From the NCBI GenBank assembly GCA_043228905.1, contig JBHGNT010000780.1:1-15779 (forward strand): DNA of 15,779 nucleotides. Direction: 5' to 3'. The position numbers and the translations under genes are program-made. The DNA comes from Azolla caroliniana (Eukaryota; Plantae; Polypodiophyta). Every line of letters starts with the position of its first letter. Within the stretch, counting starts at the first letter, position 1. Below the pieces are notes generated by a model. The model was not told where the DNA came from, searched no databases, and saw only the letters and a program-made list of their open reading frames with translations. Below, in pieces: positions 9,925 to 15,779 of this stretch.

Positions 9925-10320
9925 TTAAAAAATCTCTCTGATCGTACTCAGGAGCAAAATTTATGTGGTGTTCCCCAAGGGACAGTGTTAGGCCCAAATT
10001 TGTTTATTGTTTATATCAATGATATTGTCAGAAGCCTAGAAAAGTGTAAAACCCAGCTTTTTGTGGATGGCACACTAGCGTACTTAATAAGATAAGATGT
10101 TGCTGAAATTATTAATACTATAAATCAAAAGTTGAAAACACTATATAAATGGCTGACACAAAACGCTCTGAGTCTCAATACGGAAAAAACTAAATTTATG
10201 ATAATTAAAAGTAAATTCAATACTATATCAAATACGAACCATAATGGAATCTGTATAAACGGCCAAAGGATAGAATACGTTGATCAATACAAATACTTGG
10301 GTGTTAAGGTGGATGAATAC
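9925..10320 (+). mobile_element. CR1/L2-type LINE RT fragment, cut by the duplication junction
   Basis: LSDRTQ…GVPQGTVLGPNLFIVYINDI…LFVDGT (degenerate FADDT)…LNTEKTKFMI…YKYLGVKVDEY. Stop at 10093-10095. The 5' boundary is approximate. Confidence 0.88.
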
Positions 10321-11930
10321 AAGCTGCCTCTGGTCAGTCCAATAGTACAATTTTGACTGCTGCTTTATGGTAATAATTGTTGCTTTGTGCTTTAGATCGT
10401 TTTATATTGAAATATCCAGTTGACAAAATTTCTTCACAAGAATATCTAAGTAAAGTAATTTGACCAATTAATTTAAATACATTTGACTAATCTTGGAACA
10501 GGCAAAGCATCAGCAACGGGGACACTACTCCATAGAGTCCAAAATATTTTGGTCCCACTAAATAAACCTGCTATTCAAAGTAGTGAATCGTAATGAACAT
10601 AGGCAAATGGGACGTTTCTGTTTTATTGGAGATTGAAATGGAGTTTTTGCGTATTGTCTGCTTAAAAAATTCTTCTTTATTACGTCTTTGTTAAATTGCC
10701 ATCTTGCATGCTTTGATGGCGCCTGCCACCAAAACGTCTACTAAAAATTTCTTCTTATTCTTTACCACTTAGGATATTGGAAACTGGTGAAACAATTTAT
10801 TTGCCTTGTTTTGTTCTAAAATGGTAAAACAGTTGATTTAAAATGTTTAGATACATATTTTGGAGTGGGTATTCTTGCAATTGTATACAGAAATCAAATT
10901 AAAGTGTGTTTGGTTTTGTTCCAGTAGAAATTGTAAATAAAAAATACAATTAAAGCAATAACAAGTCTAATATTTATATAAATATATAAAGTGATATATC
11001 ATGTTTTAGGTAAACTAAGTACATTACGGCATTTATCTTCGACTTCAAAACTATGTAATAGTTATACCAACCCTAATATAACCTATATTCGTCATAAGAG
11101 CACGTCCCATGAAAGGGAGAACACGGATAAACAAGATTTGAAAGCGCCCAAGACTTTAACTTCGGCTCAAAAACTAAAAAAAGCTGTTGCTGAATATGGC
11201 AGTACTGTGATAGTGTTCCATGTTGGTATATCGTTATTGTCCTCTGGTTTAGATGTTAATCAAGTGTTTATTTATTTGGGACTTAAGGAGTGGGCGACAA
11301 AAAGTACCATGGTATCCAATGCTGGCACTTTTGCTGTTGCGTATGGATTACATAAAGTGTTTGCACCTGTAAGAATAAGTGTGACATTAGCGTCTGTTCC
11401 ATTTATTGTAAGATATTTAAGGTATAAAGGTATATTAAAGAAATAATTACTAAGCTTTGTTTTTTTTTCTCAAAGTACCTACATCATGAGAATATAAGTG
11501 GTTAGTGTTACCATTTGAGCAAACATCAGGTGAGGTATGCTTAAAAAATCTCTCTGATCGTACTCAGGAGCAAAATTTATGTGGTGTTCCCCATGGGACA
11601 GTGTTAGGCCCGAATTTGTTTATTGTTTATATCAATGATATTGTCAGAAGCCTAGAAAAGTGTAAAATCCAGCTTTTTGTGGATGGCACACTATCGTACT
11701 TAATAGGACAAGATGTTGCTGAAGGTATTAATACTATAAATCAAGAGTTGGAAACACTATATAAATGGCTGACACAAAACGGTCTCAATACGGAAAAAAC
11801 TAAATTTATGATAATTAAAAGTAAATTCAATACTATATCAAATACGAACTATAATGGAATCTGTATATATGGCCAAAGGATAGAATAAGTTGATCAATAC
11901 AAATACTTGGGTGTTAAGGTGGATGAATAC
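10321..11930 (+). repeat. Tandem segmental duplication, copy 2 (1610 bp)
   Basis: Directly abuts copy 1. The LINE continues uninterrupted past 11930. Confidence 0.97.
10991..11446 (+). CDS. FAM210B: FAM210B-like copy 2 with a 27-nt in-frame deletion (possibly a pseudogene)
   Basis: Identical to copy 1 except N>Y, E>A, L>F, two synonymous changes and loss of LGTCYCLVS at 11242/11243. Confidence 0.72.
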   Translation: MIYHVLGKLSTLRHLSSTSKLCNSYTNPNITYIRHKSTSHERENTDKQDLKAPKTLTSAQKLKKAVAEYGSTVIVFHVGISLLSSGLDVNQVFIYLGLKEWATKSTMVSNAGTFAVAYGLHKVFAPVRISVTLASVPFIVRYLRYKGILKK

Positions 11931-12597
11931 TTGACATTTTCTAAACATGCAGAATATGTAACTTATAAAATCGCTAAGAAAGTTAACCTAATGAATGGAA
12001 TGAGTTCATATCTAAGCTTATGGGCAAAGTTAATGATCTACAAAACAAGTATACTGCCACGTTTTAATTACTGTTCATCAATATTGTCCTTACTAACTTT
12101 GACAGAGAAACGTACTCTGCAGAAAAAGCAAAATCAGGCTATGCGCTGCATTTTAGGATGTAATCGATATACCAGTGTGAATACCATGTTACAAAATACA
12201 GGATTATTGAGTATTAAGCAAGTCTTGTTTTTGAATACAATGACACTTATATATGAAATAAAAGAGAAACTGATTCCTGAAAATCTATGGAAAAACCCAA
12301 GGTATATAACAGATGTTCATAACTATCCAACTCGATCCAGAGAAGACTTTTACGTATCAATGGTATCTTCTAATTATAGTCAAAATGATCTTTTTCATAA
12401 TGGACTTATTCAGTACAACAATTTGCGGCATGACATATAAAATTCAAGTATAATACAGATCTTCAAGAGAAAATGCATTATATATTCTAAGGAAAATATT
12501 AATAAATAGTTAATTTCTTTTATTGTAATTATAATTTATAATAAAAAATACAATTGTAAATTATTAACATTATGCTATTAATAATAAATAAATAAAA
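11541..12597 (+). mobile_element. 5'-truncated CR1/L2-type LINE (RT domains 4-7, thumb, 3' UTR, A-rich tail)
   Basis: ORFs 11505..11888 and 11907..12440 give GVPHGTVLGP, LGVKVDEYLTFSKH, IYKTSILPRFNYCS and LQKKQNQAMRCIL. TAA/TAAA tail at ~12579-12597. Confidence 0.9.
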
Positions 12598-12899
12598 TAC
12601 TACTGTGTTTAAAAAGTAAGGTGAAACGGTCATTTTAAATTGCCGGTATTAGGAAACTAGATACTTTTTTCCTACTTTGGTAGGACTGTATATAACATTT
12701 TCCAAGCTTCTGTATGCCGAAAGGTTTTCCAGTTGAACGTGATATTCCTATAAGTTGCTCGGACATCTCTATATACCAATAAACCAGTAAAGCAATAACA
12801 ACATAAATTGGCTAGATAAATGTTAAAAATATAATCATATTTTCTAACTAAGTTCTAACAAATTTTACGCATATATTTTATGAGAGTTATATTGTTTTA

Positions 12900-15330
12900 T
12901 TCGCCAAAAACAATACAAATACTGGTAAACAATCAAAGGTGTATATTTCGATTTTGTTGAGCAAAGAACGACTTTTATTTGCGAAACGAATATTCTTGTG
13001 TGGATACGTATAGTAATACCAAAAAAATTTCCAATGCACGTCATAACGTGAAAATATGTTACAATAGACAACCACAAAGCTGGATCAACACCGGTATTTT
13101 AAAAGACAGCGAAAACCTTGAAAATCTTCACTGGCTGACAAAAAACACTAATTTTCAGGAATTGAGCCTAGTATATAGAGAAGTGAAAAAAAACTTTCAA
13201 ATTAAAATAGATTTAACAAAAAAATCTTTTTACCAAAACAAAATTACAACATCTGCAAACCCTTCCATAGCCTTATGGGAGGTAGTAAACTCAAAGACAA
13301 GGCGTGCTAAAACTAATAATGATATTAATTGTATAAAACTTGATAATAGTACTATAATAACTGATTTGAGAGAGATCAGTAACTTATTTTGTCACTACTA
13401 CTCCAAAGATTTCGAACAGAAACTTCTTAATTGTACTGGTCATAATTCACTACATTCATTACCAAATCTTAATGAGAACACTATCTTTATGATTTTAGAT
13501 GAAATGACAAATGCCCTTAAAGCTTTAAAAAATAAACGCGCGTGCTGTGGTAGTGAAGATATCCTTGTCCTTGCAATGGAGTATATTTGGGAGTATATTA
13601 AATATCCCTTATGCCACTTATTTAATCTTTTTTTTATCTTCAGGCATCTACCCCGATAAGTCAAAGCTTGAAGAGATTATTCCTTTGTTTAAGAAAGGCG
13701 ATAAAGGTCTTATTCAAAAATACAGGCCAATTACTGGCCTCCCTACTTTCTCAAAATTATTTGAGAAAATAATTACTACTCGTTTTGAGTTTTTTTTAAA
13801 ATAAATTCAGATTAATTACCGGTGCACAACATGGATTTCGTAGGAATCATTCTACCAATACTGCGGCTTTCGAATTTATTCAATTTATTTACTCTTCTCT
13901 GGATAAAAACTACTTTACTCTAGCCCTACTATTTGATCTTACGCGAGCCTTTGACTGTGTTGATGATAAAATTTTAGTCAAGAAACTATATGCCCTAGGT
14001 TTTAGGGGAAAAACTAATGACTTACTTAAGTCATTTTTTAAGCAAGCGTAAAGTAAGAGTAAGAATTGGCCATATATTGTCAGATCAAAATGAACAACAG
14101 TATGGGGTACCTCAGGGCAGTGTGCTGGCACCACTACTTTTTCTTTTATTCATTAATGATATTGAAAAATTTCTTAATCTTGGTTCAAATACAATTCTAG
14201 TACTTTATGCAGATGACTCCTCTATAGGCTTATCTGGTCCCTCATTAAAAGAATTTATTACTCAAGCAAATATTATACTGGATAGATTTAAGGATTGGTG
14301 TACTTGCAACGGACTTCTGGTAAATGAAAATAAAACGAACTATTTATGTTTTTATAAAAGACGGGTTGTCCCTGATGTCACTCTTGAGATGAGTAGCATT
14401 AAAGTGCACAGGGTTGACAGCTGCAAATTTCTAGGTCTGCATATTGATAGTCAACTCACCTGGTTACCACATATAGAGTATATCTTGGGTAAAATAAATT
14501 CCTCTTACTATGCAATAATTAACCTGAAAAATGTCCTAAACACAAAACAGTTACTTAATGTTTACTATGCACTAACTTATAGTCACCTAAAATATATGGT
14601 TCTCTACTGGGGATTATCTGTGGAAGCCGAACGGGTATTCATCCTTCAAAAGCGAATAATTAGGAAAATGTTCAACATTGGTCCTATTGTATCATGTAGA
14701 CTAATATTTAAAAAAGAAAAAATATTAACTCTACCCTCCATACTGATCATGAAGGCAGCAATGTTTGTAAGGAAAAACCATGACAAATTTCCAACTATCT
14801 CTACTATTCATCATTATGAAACGCGCTACAATCATGAGATTTTAATTCCTAACTATCGATTGGCTACTTGTAGGAAAAGCCCACATTGCATATGTAGCTA
14901 TATCTATAATAAAATACCTAAACATATGAAACAATTAAACTCCAACAAAAAATTTAAGAGTACATTACAGCAATATTTAGTTGAAAAAATGTATTATTCA
15001 ATGAAGGAATTTTTTAATGATTAGGTTGTTGGTGGTTGTACTGTTTCTTGCAGACCCGCTCTGCTTGTGACTTGGGTATATGTATGTATGGATTTATTTT
15101 TTATCTCTTAAATATCACTAGATAAATTGTGTAACGCTAATTTCGTTTAGTTTCCTTTATGACATTTAGTCTAAGATATAATTTAACTTATACATGTTAA
15201 TTTTGTGCATTTTATATATTTGTTTTATTTTTAACATACTTTAAACCATAGAAATACTGTTAGTTATACTTTTATATAATGACAATGTTAATACTTGTAA
15301 AGTCTTTTAACAATAAAGAAATATATATAA
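12900..15330 (+). mobile_element. 5'-truncated CR1/L2-group LINE (ORF2 lacking the endonuclease, plus 3' UTR)
   Basis: SWINTGI, SGIYPDKSK…IIPLFKKGD…YRPITGLPTFSKLFEK, QHGFR, FDLTRAFDCVD, GVPQGSVLAPLLF, LYADDS, KFLGLHID and YYALTYSHLKY…WG. A T-rich 3' UTR ends AATAAAGAAATATATATAA at ~15330. Boundaries are approximate. Confidence 0.9.
12979..15024 (+). pseudogene. LINE ORF2 reverse transcriptase broken by three frameshifts
   Basis: Frames switch at ~13630, ~13800 and ~14037. The segment 13803-14035 (QHGFR…AFD) is missing from the ORF track. Confidence 0.88.
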
Positions 15331-15779
15331 CCTTCGAGTGACGTAGAACGGCGACACGGTTGCCAGCTTGTAATGATAACAAGCAATATACAGTCGTCAT
15401 CGAACCCGTCCTCATTACAACTGGAAGAAATAATATCCGAAATAAATGAGCGTAATTTACGTAAAAAAAATGTTATTTTTTTCAATGTCGGCGAACAATC
15501 ATCGACACTATCTAAAGATGACAGGATCAACAAGGAAAGGTCTGATATCTCGGAAATCGTTAACACAATTTGCCCCGAAATTCATACAGATAATATTTCT
15601 TTTCATCGGTTAGGCAAGTTTAATGCTAACTCAAACAAGCCTAGATCTATCAAAATAACATTTCCAAATCAAGATCCAGTATATAAATTAATAAAAAATG
15701 CTAGCAAACTCAAGCAAAACAATACTTTCAAGAAGGTGTCAATTGTCTTTGATAGGACTCCAAACAAACGAGTTATTAT
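15331..15779 (+). mobile_element. LINE (CR1-type) ORF1 fragment with an L1-like RRM, running off the window
   Basis: Frame +1 is open from 15331 to the end (ATG at 15373): LEEIISEINERNLRKKNVIFFNVGE…FHRLGKF…KPRSIKITF…LIKNASKLK…VSIVFDRTP. This is the typical ORF1p ER..R..N.I / RLG / RP / DxT pattern. It is not in the ORF track because it has no stop. Confidence 0.82.

Larger units (their letters stand above)
8679..10320 (+). repeat. Tandem segmental duplication, copy 1 (1642 bp)
   Basis: Starts AAGCTGCCTCTGGTCAGTC and ends GGTGGATGAATAC. Aligns end to end with 10321-11930; by hand count about 43 substitutions and 3 indels (1, 27 and 6 nt). Confidence 0.97.

Noticed and set aside
9348-12440. 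RT next to a membrane-protein gene as a retron-, DGR- or defence-like system
   Set aside because: The RT is a truncated, stop-containing eukaryotic LINE fragment with a mutated catalytic motif (FVDG). The repeat is a plain tandem duplication with no adenine-specific variation.
12865-15566. Minus-strand ORFs 12865..13077, 12887..13075, 13440..13664, 13910..14134 and 15288..15566
   Set aside because: They are antisense shadows of LINE ORF2 and ORF1.
1-15779. tRNA, rRNA, CRISPR arrays and prokaryotic operon features
   Set aside because: None seen. The content is eukaryotic and has no regularly spaced short repeats.

Overview
This is AT-rich eukaryotic DNA, most likely animal and probably insect (inferred from the TE types and the protein style). 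It is dominated by decayed transposable elements. From 5' to 3': (1) the 3' fragment of an RNase H-bearing LINE on the minus strand; (2) a second RNase H-bearing LINE on the plus strand, split by a nested CR1-type fragment; (3) a 5'-truncated CR1-type LINE on the minus strand; (4) an internally deleted piggyBac (PGBD4-like) element with intact 12-bp TIRs and TTAA target duplications; (5) a head-to-tail ~1.6-kb tandem duplication (8679-10320 / 10321-11930, about 97% identical by hand count), each copy carrying a FAM210B-like (DUF1279) mitochondrial membrane protein ORF plus part of a LINE; (6) another CR1/L2-type LINE; (7) a LINE ORF1 running off the window end. The only recognisable host gene is the duplicated FAM210B-like ORF. 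It has no ATG at its 5' end, and copy 2 has lost 9 codons of a transmembrane segment. I found no evidence of a new biological system. The most notable points are the duplication's structure, its uneven divergence and the nested LINE junction. All comparisons were made by eye; no searches were run.
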